From an uncultured virus (IMG/VR IMGVR_UViG_3300010354_009789) (lineage: Duplodnaviria; Heunggongvirae; Uroviricota; Caudoviricetes), in the IMG/VR virus record IMGVR_UViG_3300010354_009789: 64,000 nucleotides of DNA; one strand, written 5' to 3'. The notes beneath the pieces are model-generated. The model had not been told where the DNA came from and did not search any database. It was given only the letters and a program-made list of their open reading frames with translations. A program made the position numbers and the translations under genes. Shown here piece after piece: positions 45,188-55,884 of the stretch (position 1 is the stretch's first letter; every line of letters starts with the position of its first letter).

Positions 45188-46570
45188 CTAAAACTTAAAA
45201 GCATCAAATTTTTTGTTTTTGAATTTTTCTTCAGTATTATCATTATACTGAATATCCTGTCCGCTGTCAACTAAATCACTTTGCGCAGACTGTTCAACAT
45301 CATACAATCGCATCTTTGCGCGATCGATTCCAACAACAAATCTCTTAAAGACTGTTGGATCATTATAGCGATTCTTCAATTGTTTTACAAGTATTTGTCC
45401 GAGTTGCTCCAAATCTTCAGTAGAAATAAGGGCAAACATAAGATCAGCAGTAGCAGGGAGGCCAAAGGATTCACTAGTATCAGTAAGCTCAACATCATTG
45501 CTACTATAACCAGAACGAGTGGTCTGCGTGGCAGAAACGATAGGGACGTTTGCTTCAACAGCCAACCCTCTAAGTTCTTCAGCAATAGCTTTGATATAGC
45601 TATATGAATTGACAGAAAGGTTTGTCCTATACCTAGAGGAAGAACATATATTAAGGTAATCAATGAAAATAATATCAGGGTAAAATGACTTTTTAAGATG
45701 TAAATCATTTAACAAAGACCTAAAATGACCAGAATGTGCCGATGCTGTCGGATATTCCTTAATTATAAGTGTTCCCTGAGTCTTTTTCGACAGGTTATTA
45801 ACCTTTGACTCGAACATGTTCTTTGGTAACTGAACAATATCTTGAATGGAAACGTTCAGAAGATTTGCGTCTATTCTTTCCGCAATCTTTTCTTCAGACA
45901 TTTCTAAGGTAATGTACAAAACATTCTTTCCCTGAAGAAGAATTGAACTCGCCATGTGGCACATGAATAGGGACTTGCCCACACCCGTGCCAGCAAGGGC
46001 AATATTCAAAGTCTTTCTTGGAAGACCCCCCTTTGTAATTTTATTGAAGTATTCGAGATCGAAAGGAATACGATCTTCCTTTCTATGATATGTCTCATAT
46101 CTTGCTTCAAAATCATTCAGGTAATCATGTCCGATATGATTGTCAAAGGAAACTGCCAGAGCATCCTGCAGAATAGATGGAATAGAGTCTCTGCCACGCT
46201 TCTCATCTCTACCATCAGCAATGGAAATTGCATCAATCAAAGATAGGTAAATGGCACGATCCCTACACCACTTTTCAGTAGTATTCACCAACCAAGTATA
46301 TTCGGAAACACTTTCATCCAGAGACTTAACAAGAGCACAAACATCCTTAAATTCAGAATCGTTTATATCCTTTCTATTTTCAATCTCAATGTAGAGAATC
46401 TCCTTTGTAGGAAGTTTGTTATACTTCTCAACAAAGGATTGCATCTCTTCAAATACAATGCGCTGATGTCTATCATCAAAATACTCCAATTTAATGAAGG
46501 GCATCGTCTTTCGACAATACTCTTCATTATACAGCATGTTCTTAAGGATCAGAAGTTCAATTGTTTCCAT
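45188..46570 (-). CDS. gp41: Replicative DNA helicase (T4 gp41)
   Basis: AGTGVGKS, ITLEMSEE, IKEYPT, DYLNIC, SATQTTR, KNRY. Confidence 0.96.
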   Translation of the reverse strand: METIELLILKNMLYNEEYCRKTMPFIKLEYFDDRHQRIVFEEMQSFVEKYNKLPTKEILYIEIENRKDINDSEFKDVCALVKSLDESVSEYTWLVNTTEKWCRDRAIYLSLIDAISIADGRDEKRGRDSIPSILQDALAVSFDNHIGHDYLNDFEARYETYHRKEDRIPFDLEYFNKITKGGLPRKTLNIALAGTGVGKSLFMCHMASSILLQGKNVLYITLEMSEEKIAERIDANLLNVSIQDIVQLPKNMFESKVNNLSKKTQGTLIIKEYPTASAHSGHFRSLLNDLHLKKSFYPDIIFIDYLNICSSSRYRTNLSVNSYSYIKAIAEELRGLAVEANVPIVSATQTTRSGYSSNDVELTDTSESFGLPATADLMFALISTEDLEQLGQILVKQLKNRYNDPTVFKRFVVGIDRAKMRLYDVEQSAQSDLVDSGQDIQYNDNTEEKFKNKKFDAFKF

Positions 46571-46595
46571 TATCAAGATTTCATTTTTTCACTAA

Positions 46596-47600
46596 TCAAG
46601 AACCGTAACTAAATTCCCTCCGAGCAATCTCATCTAATTTTTGCATGATTTCTTCAGTGAAATATTGCTCCGGATTGCGAAGAATCTCTTTACCATAGAT
46701 CTTTTTGCCATCCATTTCGTAACGACCCGCTACATTCTTCCAGAGTCCACCAAGTTCACCAAGTTCCAAAAGACCATAAAAACGGTCAAGGCCGCGCTCA
46801 TCATAATACAGACGGACTTCAACATCCTTATTCTCCTTACTCAAACGTGATTTATGAGTCTTTGCTTTGATAATGTTTCCAACGACTTCTGTTCCATCCT
46901 TTTCTTTCTTTTTGCTGAGATATATGATACTAGAAGCGGCATACTTAAGACCACTGCCACCACCCATTTCTTTTGTAGGAACGTAAGAACCGATAACGTC
47001 ATATGTATGATTTGTTACTAACATTGGAATATTTGCTTGACCCAACTTCAGGGTCAACATGCGAAAAGCACCTTTAATGAGTTGAGATTTGGTCATATCT
47101 CTAACTTGCTTATCATTTAGAGCATCCGTGATCTCCTTCTCCGTAGAGAGCATACCTAAAGAGTCTAGCACAAACATGCACGGATTGCGATCCGCTTCAG
47201 GTTTCTTAAGATAAAGATCAACTGCCTTAAGTGCCTTACTTCTAAACTCTTCTACTGTAACTACATTGACAACGACCAAACGTGTTGTATCAATCCCGCG
47301 ACTCTCAAGTAATGACTTGGTAATAGCAGCCTCAGTGTCAAAATATAAACAATATCCACTAGGATTAGTATCCAGGAAATTTTTAACCACAGCAAGGGAG
47401 AAGAAAGTTTTTCCAGTAGAAGACTCACCCGCAATTGCTGTGATTTTATTAGCAGATACACCACCAAAGACACTCCCACTAACAAGAGCGTTAAATATGT
47501 ACGAACCAGTGTCAACATAGTTTTCAGTCTCATCAATTTCAGATGCTAATTTAGTATAATCGTCTCCGATTTCTTTTACAATATCTTTAAGAAAATCCAT
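46596..47600 (-). CDS. uvsX: RecA-like recombinase
   Basis: GESSTGKT, FDTEAA, LDSLGML, MGGGSGLKYAAS. Confidence 0.96.
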   Translation of the reverse strand: MDFLKDIVKEIGDDYTKLASEIDETENYVDTGSYIFNALVSGSVFGGVSANKITAIAGESSTGKTFFSLAVVKNFLDTNPSGYCLYFDTEAAITKSLLESRGIDTTRLVVVNVVTVEEFRSKALKAVDLYLKKPEADRNPCMFVLDSLGMLSTEKEITDALNDKQVRDMTKSQLIKGAFRMLTLKLGQANIPMLVTNHTYDVIGSYVPTKEMGGGSGLKYAASSIIYLSKKKEKDGTEVVGNIIKAKTHKSRLSKENKDVEVRLYYDERGLDRFYGLLELGELGGLWKNVAGRYEMDGKKIYGKEILRNPEQYFTEEIMQKLDEIARREFSYGS

Positions 47601-47602
47601 AA

Positions 47603-50104
47603 TTACATAAAAAACGACTCTAGGGTTGTAGATTTTTCAACTCTCCACCCAATAGCATCCAAGATAATTCTAAGGGGTTCTAGGAAAGATTTTTCAAATT
47701 GCAAATTATAATCAATATATCGATCAAGATCAAATTCTTTTGGAATTGTTTGAATGAAAGAAATCACATTCTCATGAATTGGATTTGGTTTCTTCAAATA
47801 ACAAAACTTGATCTTTTCTCCATTCTGAATAAGTGAATATTTATTTGTCAGTTCTTTCTCCTTAACATAATGATTATAGAGAAGGGCACCTCTAGCATGA
47901 ATTGGTGTTCCTTTACCATATATTGAACTATAAGAATGATACTTTGTCACCTCAGAAACGGATCTTGGGAATGAAATATCTTCTGCTGGAAGACTTTTAA
48001 AATCCCTTCTACACTTATCGATAAATTCAATGACATCATCCTCAGTCCCCTCCACCATTAACCTCAGAGCATCTTTAATCATCTTTCGGCATGGAGCAGG
48101 TGTTGAGGATTTGATTGCTTCAAGTCCCATGATCTTAAGTTTGGAATGCTCATAACGAACGCCTTCACTATCCCAAACGTTGAGAATATATCGCTTCTTG
48201 GCAGTCCAGATTCCACGGTCAGCAATATTCTCCCGCTTCATCTGCATCTTTTGGTCGTAAGCATTCACGTATTCGGCCAATTCTTGGTAAGAACTTTCAA
48301 TATATTTTTCAAATTCCAACTTACAGACCTTATCAAGGAACGAAACAACCCCTTCAGTAGTCTTTTCTCTGCCGGCGAATATAGTTTCGACAAAAGGACC
48401 CATATTAAGATAAATGGAATCAGTATCTGAAGCAATAACATAATCAACACCTTCGGTCTTAAGAATTTTATTTAAATAAGAATTCATTTTATTCTCAATC
48501 CAACGAATTGAGACCTGACCCGAAAGAGTAATTGCTTCAGCATTTGCCAGTTTATAATACCTAAAATACTGATTACCAATAGCACCATAAGCACTATTAA
48601 GTTGAATCTTGCGAGCCATTTGAATATTATTACACCTAGCGATTTCCTTTTCAAGGGATTTTGTAGGTGTCTTCTCATATTGTTGCTTTGCAGCAAGCAT
48701 TTTTTTCTTATAAACTGTTCGTTCCTTATAGATCTTTTCCATCAATTCTGGAAGAAATCCCCTTTTAGTGGTGTCGAACAGGGCACCATTTGCGCAAACA
48801 GTTTGACCATTGAGATCACTAAAATCCAATTCTTTATTGAGAATCTTGTCAACTGATATGCTTGGATGTCTGTGATCCAAAAGAGTTTCTGGACTGATGT
48901 TGTATTGCATAATCAAATGCGGATACAGAGAGTTAAGGTCAAAACTCACAACCCAATCGTAGACACCCGGTTTTGGTTCTTTCACATAGGCACCTGCATA
49001 CCTATCACTCTTTGTGGTGCGTTCTTTAGGAGGAATTACAATGTTCCTCTTCTTCAGATAATTGAAAATGATATTATCCCACATGCGGACCTGATAGAAC
49101 ACATCAACATAGTTCACTTTGGCGTCATATGCCATAGTGATTGCCAATTCAATCAGTTTCATCTTGTCTTCCAAGCGGTCAACAAGTTCCACGTCAACGA
49201 TGTTGTATTCTACAAACTTTTGCCAATTTTGGGTATAGAACTCTTTGAAGGTCTCATACTCAGAGTGATCTAGTTTTTTCTGACCCAGTTCAACAGATGC
49301 AATATGATCTAGGCGATATGATTCCTGCGCTTTATAAGTAAATTTCTTATAAAGATCCAGATAATCAAGTTGTGTTAAACCGCCAACATCATATGCAAGA
49401 TGCTCTCTACCAGCAACATAAATTTTAGTTTCAGTCACCAACCCCCAAGGAGAGAACCTCCTTGCCAACTTTTCCCCAAGAACCTTATACAAACGACCAC
49501 AGATGTATGGAACGTCATATAATTGGATATTCCATCCAGTGATTACTTCCGGTGTATTCTCCATCCAATATTCAATAAATCGCGTGAGTAGCATATACTC
49601 ACTCTCACACTCGATATAGGTAAGATTGGACTTATTGTTTTTGAACGGATGCCTTCCCCAGGTCATCAACTTCTTGGTTGCATAATCTTGGATTGTAATG
49701 GTCAGAATTTCTTCCGAACATGAAGCAGTATCCGGGAATCCATTTTCAGACGCAACCTCAATATCGATTGTGGTCAATAAGATCTTATTAATGTCAAACT
49801 TGATCTCATCCTCTGGATACTTATCGCTAATGTATTGACACACATAGCGGTCATTTCCATGAATTTTAAATCCCTCAACATTATCATATCTGGCATAAAA
49901 ATCTCTACAATCACGAACAAGACCGGGATGAACTTCTTCAACAAATTCACCCTCAAGAGTTCTATATTTCGTTTTTTTCTTGGAAGGAACGTAAAGTGTG
50001 GGGAAGTATTCCTCCTTAAACATCACGTGCTTTCCATCCTCATAACCACGGACCAGGAATTGATTCCCAATCATTTGCACATTAGTGTAGAAACGTTGCG
50101 ACAT
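47603..50104 (-). CDS. gp43: Family B DNA polymerase (T4 gp43)
   Basis: DIEV exonuclease I, SFDLNSLYPH, KIQLNSAYG, SDTDS. Confidence 0.98.
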   Translation of the reverse strand: MSQRFYTNVQMIGNQFLVRGYEDGKHVMFKEEYFPTLYVPSKKKTKYRTLEGEFVEEVHPGLVRDCRDFYARYDNVEGFKIHGNDRYVCQYISDKYPEDEIKFDINKILLTTIDIEVASENGFPDTASCSEEILTITIQDYATKKLMTWGRHPFKNNKSNLTYIECESEYMLLTRFIEYWMENTPEVITGWNIQLYDVPYICGRLYKVLGEKLARRFSPWGLVTETKIYVAGREHLAYDVGGLTQLDYLDLYKKFTYKAQESYRLDHIASVELGQKKLDHSEYETFKEFYTQNWQKFVEYNIVDVELVDRLEDKMKLIELAITMAYDAKVNYVDVFYQVRMWDNIIFNYLKKRNIVIPPKERTTKSDRYAGAYVKEPKPGVYDWVVSFDLNSLYPHLIMQYNISPETLLDHRHPSISVDKILNKELDFSDLNGQTVCANGALFDTTKRGFLPELMEKIYKERTVYKKKMLAAKQQYEKTPTKSLEKEIARCNNIQMARKIQLNSAYGAIGNQYFRYYKLANAEAITLSGQVSIRWIENKMNSYLNKILKTEGVDYVIASDTDSIYLNMGPFVETIFAGREKTTEGVVSFLDKVCKLEFEKYIESSYQELAEYVNAYDQKMQMKRENIADRGIWTAKKRYILNVWDSEGVRYEHSKLKIMGLEAIKSSTPAPCRKMIKDALRLMVEGTEDDVIEFIDKCRRDFKSLPAEDISFPRSVSEVTKYHSYSSIYGKGTPIHARGALLYNHYVKEKELTNKYSLIQNGEKIKFCYLKKPNPIHENVISFIQTIPKEFDLDRYIDYNLQFEKSFLEPLRIILDAIGWRVEKSTTLESFFM

Positions 50105-50138
50105 GAATATTACAAAAAATTCAAAGAAAATTTACTCT

Positions 50139-50366
50139 TCAGGAGTGATCGTTTTGATAATAAGAAGATGTCACAATATCATCATAAACGGTTGGAAGAT
50201 TTCCAGAATGCCCACATCTGGACTTCATACGATTGACTTTATCAACACCGACATAAGATACTTCTTCATCATGAAGAATTGCCTCCAACTGCCGTTTTTC
50301 GTTCGTAGTGTGCGGATGGCGGAGAGCACACTGATTATAGGAATTCCTTCGATAAGTTCTACTCAT
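50139..50366 (-). CDS. Hypothetical protein
   Basis: MSRTYRR...LRHPHTTNE; ATGA overlap. Confidence 0.6.
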   Translation of the reverse strand: MSRTYRRNSYNQCALRHPHTTNEKRQLEAILHDEEVSYVGVDKVNRMKSRCGHSGNLPTVYDDIVTSSYYQNDHS

Positions 50367-50638
50367 TTTACCAAACTCCAATACTTTTCTTCGATAGTGC
50401 CTTTTGGTTTAACAAGAGTCAAAATTTTATCAGACGATATCATATATGAATTTTCATTCGTATATTCCATCAACCAAGGACTTAACGTTATATTGCCATT
50501 TGAATCAACTGTAAGAACAAATGGTTCAACTAGTTTGCAATTCGGATCTCCAATTTCAGCGTAAACCTCCTCAATCTGAGAGACCAACACTAAGCTCCCG
50601 GTCAAGATCAGAACCCTTAGCAGCTTGCTTTCTTCCAT
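50363..50638 (-). CDS. Hypothetical protein (Sm-like fold candidate)
   Basis: IGDPNCKLVEPF...LSPW...ISSDKILT. Confidence 0.7.
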   Translation of the reverse strand: MEESKLLRVLILTGSLVLVSQIEEVYAEIGDPNCKLVEPFVLTVDSNGNITLSPWLMEYTNENSYMISSDKILTLVKPKGTIEEKYWSLVK

Positions 50639-50918
50639 TAACAATTTCCTCAATATACATGTTCTTAACGTTGGAGATGGGTTCAACAACCGCAACTACC
50701 CAATCAGTAATAATCGGAACAACATGATCAGATGATAGACTGGGCCAAGGAACCAACGCTAGATTTACTTTATTCGTAGAGTTGTCTGTTGGCGGACTAA
50801 TGACAACTTCACATGGATTATCCAGGATATATGTGACCACACGATCCTCAACATATCCCTCTTTAATATCGGAGATGATGTGCTCTCCAGACTTCAAAAT
50901 TGCTAATTTAACGCTCAT
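50571..50918 (-). CDS. Hypothetical protein (Sm-like fold candidate)
   Basis: KLAILKSGEHIISD...LVPWP...DWVV; GGAGG RBS. Confidence 0.75.
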   Translation of the reverse strand: MSVKLAILKSGEHIISDIKEGYVEDRVVTYILDNPCEVVISPPTDNSTNKVNLALVPWPSLSSDHVVPIITDWVVAVVEPISNVKNMYIEEIVNGRKQAAKGSDLDRELSVGLSD

Positions 50919-50955
50919 TCAATCCTCCTATACACATTACCATTATAGCACGCGA

Positions 50956-51666
50956 TTACCTGAGAGACAAGCTATTATCCTTAAGATTTCTAAGGTGCTT
51001 TGTCATCTTATCAAGATATCCGCGATTGCGCAACTCCTTGAAGACCAGATTTTCTACAGCAAATTCGCCGCCTTTTTGAATCGAGGATGATCTCATTTCT
51101 CTAAACTTTTCTTTCAATTTAATGAAAGCGTCGCGATCATCTGATCTATTGTCAATCAAAAAGTCGATCTTCTCCATGTAATATTTAACCTTCTCAGTAA
51201 TACATGGATCAGATAGATTAACTTGCTTATGAACTGGTTTGCGAACCCAAGCACGTTGCTTTAAAGAAAATACACCCTGATCAGATGGAGTAGATTCCTT
51301 TATATCTTGGGCATATAACTCAACATCATGCCCATAAATTTTGATATGGTGCGTTAAAGCCCACAATTGCTTTTTATCTTTCAAATAATCATCAATCAAA
51401 TCAGGACAATTTGCAATCTCTTTCTTGTCAACCAATAAATGCAAATCCAAATCCGAATATCTTGTATAGTTGTAATTCGCGTTTCCGCCAACGAGAATAA
51501 TATCCCTGATTGCACTGGACGGAATATTAGAAAATTCTGCCCATTCCGAAGCAATTCTAAGAAGTGCTTCTCTAACTTCGGGTTTAATACTGTCGTTGAC
51601 CCAAATCTTTGGATTCAATTTATTATGATAACGTAATGTGAGTCGCAGTTCCTTAAATGTTTTCAT
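50956..51666 (-). CDS. Pol-beta superfamily nucleotidyltransferase
   Basis: ILVGGNANYNYTRYSDLDLH (hG[GS]...DhD), VELY, ENLVFKELR. Confidence 0.75.
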   Translation of the reverse strand: MKTFKELRLTLRYHNKLNPKIWVNDSIKPEVREALLRIASEWAEFSNIPSSAIRDIILVGGNANYNYTRYSDLDLHLLVDKKEIANCPDLIDDYLKDKKQLWALTHHIKIYGHDVELYAQDIKESTPSDQGVFSLKQRAWVRKPVHKQVNLSDPCITEKVKYYMEKIDFLIDNRSDDRDAFIKLKEKFREMRSSSIQKGGEFAVENLVFKELRNRGYLDKMTKHLRNLKDNSLSLR

Positions 51667-51681
51667 CTTTAAAGAGTATTT

Positions 51682-51725
51682 GAAAAAAAGAGGAAGATTC
51701 CTTGAAAGTTGCCAAAGAATCTTCC
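51682..51725 (-). terminator. Terminator hairpin
   Basis: GGAAGATTC...GAATCTTCC plus T7. Confidence 0.65.
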
Positions 51726-51766
51726 GCGCCGACGATATTCACCTATTATTTAGACAAAGTAATTAA

Positions 51767-51946
51767 TCATTCACCATCCCCCCCGCCACCATCACCACCA
51801 TCGCCTGCACCGCCACCAGCACTTGAGCGACTTCTCACTGGAACTGCTTTTCCTTTAGGGATGTGTTTTTGTTTTCCGCCAGAATAAACAGTATGAGGAA
51901 CTGCATTTTTATATGCTATTGCCTTAAATTCGTCGAATGATTTCAT
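51767..51946 (-). CDS. 59-aa protein with Gly-rich tail
   Basis: Manual translation MKSFDEFKAIAYKNAVPH...SSAGGGAGDGGDGGGGDGE. Confidence 0.65.
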   Translation of the reverse strand: MKSFDEFKAIAYKNAVPHTVYSGGKQKHIPKGKAVPVRSRSSAGGGAGDGGDGGGGDGE

Positions 51947-51959
51947 TTTTTATTTCTAT

Positions 51960-52394
51960 TTAGAGATAATCCTTTCTCCTATGAGTCTCTGGCACAATTT
52001 TTCCAAGAACAATACTCAATAGTCCATCCTCAAATTCAACTGATCTAACTTCTGTATCATCTGATAAAGTCCATGATCGGGTGAAAGATCGCTGAGCCAG
52101 TCCCTTGTGGACATATTTTGTTTCCGTTTCTTTGTCTTCCTTTTGTCCCTCAACGAATAGTTTTCCGTCCTGTGTGTATACAAAGACCTCTTTCTTCTTA
52201 AATCCCGCGAGGGCGATCTCCAATCTCGATTCGACATTGCTTACAGTTACTAGATTATAAGGTGGATAATTTGATGCAGTTTCATGAAGATTAAACAATC
52301 TATCAAAATATTCATCCATTCCAATACTATTGCGAGTTATTCTCTCCATAAGTGCAGGCAAATCTGCCGCAGTATAACGTGCGAGACCAGTCAT
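51960..52394 (-). CDS. hsp20: Small heat-shock protein
   Basis: NYPPYNL, LEIALAGF, HKGLAQRSFTRSW, FEDGLL. Confidence 0.95.
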   Translation of the reverse strand: MTGLARYTAADLPALMERITRNSIGMDEYFDRLFNLHETASNYPPYNLVTVSNVESRLEIALAGFKKKEVFVYTQDGKLFVEGQKEDKETETKYVHKGLAQRSFTRSWTLSDDTEVRSVEFEDGLLSIVLGKIVPETHRRKDYL

Positions 52395-52472
52395 TATTTT
52401 TAGCTCCTTAAATAAGCGAGTTTGTATTTTGTGAGTCCTTTCGGCACTCACTATTAATTATAACACAAGGTA

Positions 52473-52498
52473 TAAAAAAGGGGGTCGTAAAACCCCCC
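52473..52498 (-). terminator. Rho-independent terminator
   Basis: GGGGGT...ACCCCC plus T6. Confidence 0.65.
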
Positions 52499-52518
52499 AC
52501 AAAAATTCGGTTTTCCGA

Positions 52519-52941
52519 TCAAGCGGATCTAGTTCGCTTTCCAATGTTATATTTTTGCTCTAAAATCCATTCCCCTTTGTCACGATATGGAAGGACTTTG
52601 ATTTGATTAAGGGGTGCAATGTCAAAAACCTGTGATTGATCAACAATGGTAATCAAATCCCAATCAGCAAGAAGTTGAGTAATTCTATTTCTACGCTGAA
52701 TGTCATTAATGGTGAGATTTGCATGTTTCCCATCAAGAGCAAACAATTCCTTAAAGTGAACAAGATAATATCTACCTTGCTTATGCAGAATGTGACATGA
52801 TTGATAGAGTTTCTTTTCTTTTCTGGAAGCAACTCCAATCCTTGTCAAGGTCTCACGAACCTTGAGAAAATCGTCTGGTTCGTTTAAAAGAACCTCAACC
52901 ATCATAGATGGATTCCAATCAACCTGTGGTTCAGTAGTCAT
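52519..52941 (-). CDS. regA: Translational repressor RegA
   Basis: PDDFLKVRETLTRIG, LYQSCHILHKQG, VHFKELF. Confidence 0.97.
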   Translation of the reverse strand: MTTEPQVDWNPSMMVEVLLNEPDDFLKVRETLTRIGVASRKEKKLYQSCHILHKQGRYYLVHFKELFALDGKHANLTINDIQRRNRITQLLADWDLITIVDQSQVFDIAPLNQIKVLPYRDKGEWILEQKYNIGKRTRSA

Positions 52942-53318
52942 TTTGCACCGCCAATTTCAAGTTTACGTTTAATAAGTGTAATTTGTTGATTAGTTAAGAT
53001 TTTTAGTGCTTGTTGTGCTTTTTGTGTGCTATACCCATAATAAGTTTTGACACATTCAAGATCATCAAGTTTTTCTTTTCTAATCCAAGGACTATAGCGT
53101 TTCCTTTTTCTCAAAGTATTTATAAGAAAATCATATTGCATCTTCTTTGGCAGAGAATGATGCATGTTCATCTCATTTGCAAACAGTAAACTATCGATGT
53201 GGCCACTCAGACACCTATTAATAATATAGGGTGCATATTCCTTCTCAAGGGAAGGATCCTCATCAATCAAATTCTCCTTTGTTTGATTAATCGAATTCAA
53301 CCAATCCCTTAATTCCAT
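52938..53318 (-). CDS. gp62: Clamp loader small subunit (gp62)
   Basis: YAPYIINRCLS, ANEMN, QYDFL, RKRYSPW. Confidence 0.93.
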   Translation of the reverse strand: MELRDWLNSINQTKENLIDEDPSLEKEYAPYIINRCLSGHIDSLLFANEMNMHHSLPKKMQYDFLINTLRKRKRYSPWIRKEKLDDLECVKTYYGYSTQKAQQALKILTNQQITLIKRKLEIGGAK

Positions 53319-54166
53319 CACGGTCCATAATTAAACAACAATAATTCTTTGCGACCCTTTTGATTACGCATATATTCACCGACAGATCTCATTGTATATG
53401 TTAGATCAAATTCAGCGGGTCTCCACTTCTCATTCCGGAATCTATCTTTCACAAGTTGATCCGAATTGTAACTAATCAACTGATCCATATCACAAGAATC
53501 GCAATCAGAAGCGAACTTATCGTGATCAAATCCTTTATGCATTGATCCCTTACGCCCGTAGAGATTATCCTTAATATCATAAGGAGGATCGAGATAGACA
53601 AAAGCACCTCTATTTCCATCCATCAAATAATCATAGGAATAATTAGTAATCTTCCACTTTGCAATCAAATTTGAATATTCCGGCAGTCTCTCTATTCCAC
53701 GCAAAGAAAAGTTGGAGTTACTTGCCTGTGCAGAAAAGGATGATGACTCCGTAAGTCCCGAAAATGAACACTTATTGACAACATAAAAGGCAACTGCTCG
53801 ATCAAAAAATGATACTTCTAGATCATTAATTTTTTCCTTGGATGCTAGAAAAAGATCCCGTGCTTTATCTGGAGTTCCACAAACACCCTTAAGAGTTGAA
53901 AGGGAATCGGATAGTTCAGTTCCAAACAGTTGTAGTTGTTGCCAGAAGTTTACAAGAGGTTCATACAGATCATTGACCCAAATGGAAATATCTGGATATC
54001 TCTTTGTAACCTCAATAGAAACTGACGCCCCGCCCATGAAAGGTTCACGAAATTCGCTATATTTGCGAAGGTCCGGAGCATACTCAAATATAGACTTGAT
54101 TGCCCGACTTTTTCCTCCGGGATATCGGAGAGGAGTTTTAAGTGACTTTCTGGTTAGATTTGTCAT
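53318..54166 (-). CDS. dam: DNA adenine methyltransferase
   Basis: RYPGGKSR, EPFMGGAS, YLDPPY. Confidence 0.92.
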   Translation of the reverse strand: MTNLTRKSLKTPLRYPGGKSRAIKSIFEYAPDLRKYSEFREPFMGGASVSIEVTKRYPDISIWVNDLYEPLVNFWQQLQLFGTELSDSLSTLKGVCGTPDKARDLFLASKEKINDLEVSFFDRAVAFYVVNKCSFSGLTESSSFSAQASNSNFSLRGIERLPEYSNLIAKWKITNYSYDYLMDGNRGAFVYLDPPYDIKDNLYGRKGSMHKGFDHDKFASDCDSCDMDQLISYNSDQLVKDRFRNEKWRPAEFDLTYTMRSVGEYMRNQKGRKELLLFNYGP

Positions 54167-54170
54167 ATTA

Positions 54171-54467
54171 TCAAGTGATCAATTTCTTCGATGGTTTGAC
54201 GATTGGGGAGAACATCTTATCATAATATTCTAGCACACCATCATCGGCATCTGCAATATAAACAACAAAATTGCGTCCAACAACAAGTTCATTCTGACTC
54301 TGACTGAGAATGGGAGACCAGGGGGCAAATCCAATCTGCCCATTTCCTGCAGGAACTGCCACCAAAGCATTCTTAATCACAATAGAATCGCGGCCGCGCT
54401 CTTCCAAAAGTTCTGCAAGAACGTCCTCACCGGAAGACATGCGGATAAGTTTAACATTCATTTTCAA
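54171..54467 (-). CDS. Hypothetical protein (Sm-like fold candidate)
   Basis: KLIRMSSGEDVLA...GFAPW. Confidence 0.75.
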   Translation of the reverse strand: MKMNVKLIRMSSGEDVLAELLEERGRDSIVIKNALVAVPAGNGQIGFAPWSPILSQSQNELVVGRNFVVYIADADDGVLEYYDKMFSPIVKPSKKLIT

Positions 54468-54652
54468 TTACCTCTAAAATTTGCATTACGAACATAGTTG
54501 GTAAATTCATCTGCCATCATGCGATATCCAGATCCAACATAAATTTGCCCAGATACTACTGCTACTGCGCAGACACCCCAGAAAATATAATACCACTTTG
54601 ATTTAACTTGATATTTTCTCAAATATTCAAGTTCACTCTGCTTCTTTCCCAT
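54464..54652 (-). CDS. Small membrane protein
   Basis: KSKWYYIFWG..AVV.GQIYVG. Confidence 0.7.
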   Translation of the reverse strand: MGKKQSELEYLRKYQVKSKWYYIFWGVCAVAVVSGQIYVGSGYRMMADEFTNYVRNANFRGN

Positions 54653-54658
54653 AATAAA

Positions 54659-54880
54659 TCAAATGCTTGTAGGACACTTAGTTAGAACAGTTGCAACTGC
54701 AGCTGCTTGCAAACCTGGGGATTTCTCCACCACCCTATTGACATTTACTGCCCCATACTTATCCACAGCTCTCCCATAAGAGATCAATACAGATTTTACC
54801 ACATCAATCCCACGGGCTCGCGAACTACAAAAGTCACCTGCCATGAAATTTAAAAGAGTTACTAATGTTAGTGTTGCCAT
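54659..54880 (-). CDS. Hypothetical protein
   Basis: ORF tightly spaced after gp44. Confidence 0.6.
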   Translation of the reverse strand: MATLTLVTLLNFMAGDFCSSRARGIDVVKSVLISYGRAVDKYGAVNVNRVVEKSPGLQAAAVATVLTKCPTSI

Positions 54881-54884
54881 AATA

Positions 54885-55829
54885 CTACTTAAAATTACAT
54901 TCACACATAATTTCTGTTAGTGCTGCCAAAGTATTGATTTCTTGGTCAGCAACAAATCCACTTTGATACAGATACTTGGCGATAATAAGAACTGCAGCAG
55001 GAATGCTAGGAGGAGTAAGATATTCATAGCAGGCGTCATAAACACGACGCAAAACAATATGGGCATCATTATCCAAATTGGATGCAACCCATTTGCGAAC
55101 TTCGGTAAAGTTCTTCTCCTTAAGATTTTTGATAAGTTCATTTACCGGAATATCTGTGAAGCAGGCAAGAATGCCAGTATCAATCTCACCGCCAACAGAA
55201 TACCTCTGACATTCGTTGATAATTCTACGAAAGTCGGGGAAGTATTTAGTGACCATCTCGATCAAGACTTTTTGATCATACTTGATCCGTTCTGTGTCAA
55301 GTATGAATTGGAGTCTCTTTAGGAAGTTTCCTGCAAGTTGTGCCTTTTGCTTTCCTTTGATTGAGAAATCAATCACAGCACAACGTGAATGAAGTGGATC
55401 AATGATCTTGTTCTTATAGTTGCAAGTAAAGATAAATCTACAGTTATTGTAGAAGGACTCAATATTTGCCCTCAAAAGAAGTTGAACATCATTTCCAGTA
55501 TTGTCCGCCTCATCGATGATGATTACTTTATGCTTCGATTCTGAAGACAACGAAACGGTAGATGCAAAGTTCTTTGCTTGATTCCTCACAGTATCAAGAA
55601 ATCTACCCTCATCGGAACCATTAATTACATAAAAGTCTGCTCCCAGTTCGTTACACAACGCCTTAGCGATCGTTGTTTTTCCGACACCTGGGGGTCCAGC
55701 AAGAAGCAGATTGGGAATCTCACCCTTCGCCACAAACTCCCTGAAGGTTTTTTTGGTTTCATCCGGAAGGATACAATCATCAATTGTTTTGGGTCGATAT
55801 TGCTCAACCCAAAGAAATTCACTTGCCAT
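54885..55829 (-). CDS. gp44: Clamp loader large subunit (gp44)
   Basis: LWVEQYRP, GPPGVGKTT, IIDEAD, LHSRC, PDFRR. Confidence 0.96.
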   Translation of the reverse strand: MASEFLWVEQYRPKTIDDCILPDETKKTFREFVAKGEIPNLLLAGPPGVGKTTIAKALCNELGADFYVINGSDEGRFLDTVRNQAKNFASTVSLSSESKHKVIIIDEADNTGNDVQLLLRANIESFYNNCRFIFTCNYKNKIIDPLHSRCAVIDFSIKGKQKAQLAGNFLKRLQFILDTERIKYDQKVLIEMVTKYFPDFRRIINECQRYSVGGEIDTGILACFTDIPVNELIKNLKEKNFTEVRKWVASNLDNDAHIVLRRVYDACYEYLTPPSIPAAVLIIAKYLYQSGFVADQEINTLAALTEIMCECNFK

Positions 55830-55884
55830 AATTTAGATCAGTCACATTTACAGTATACCACAGATTTGAATGTGGGTCCAATAA

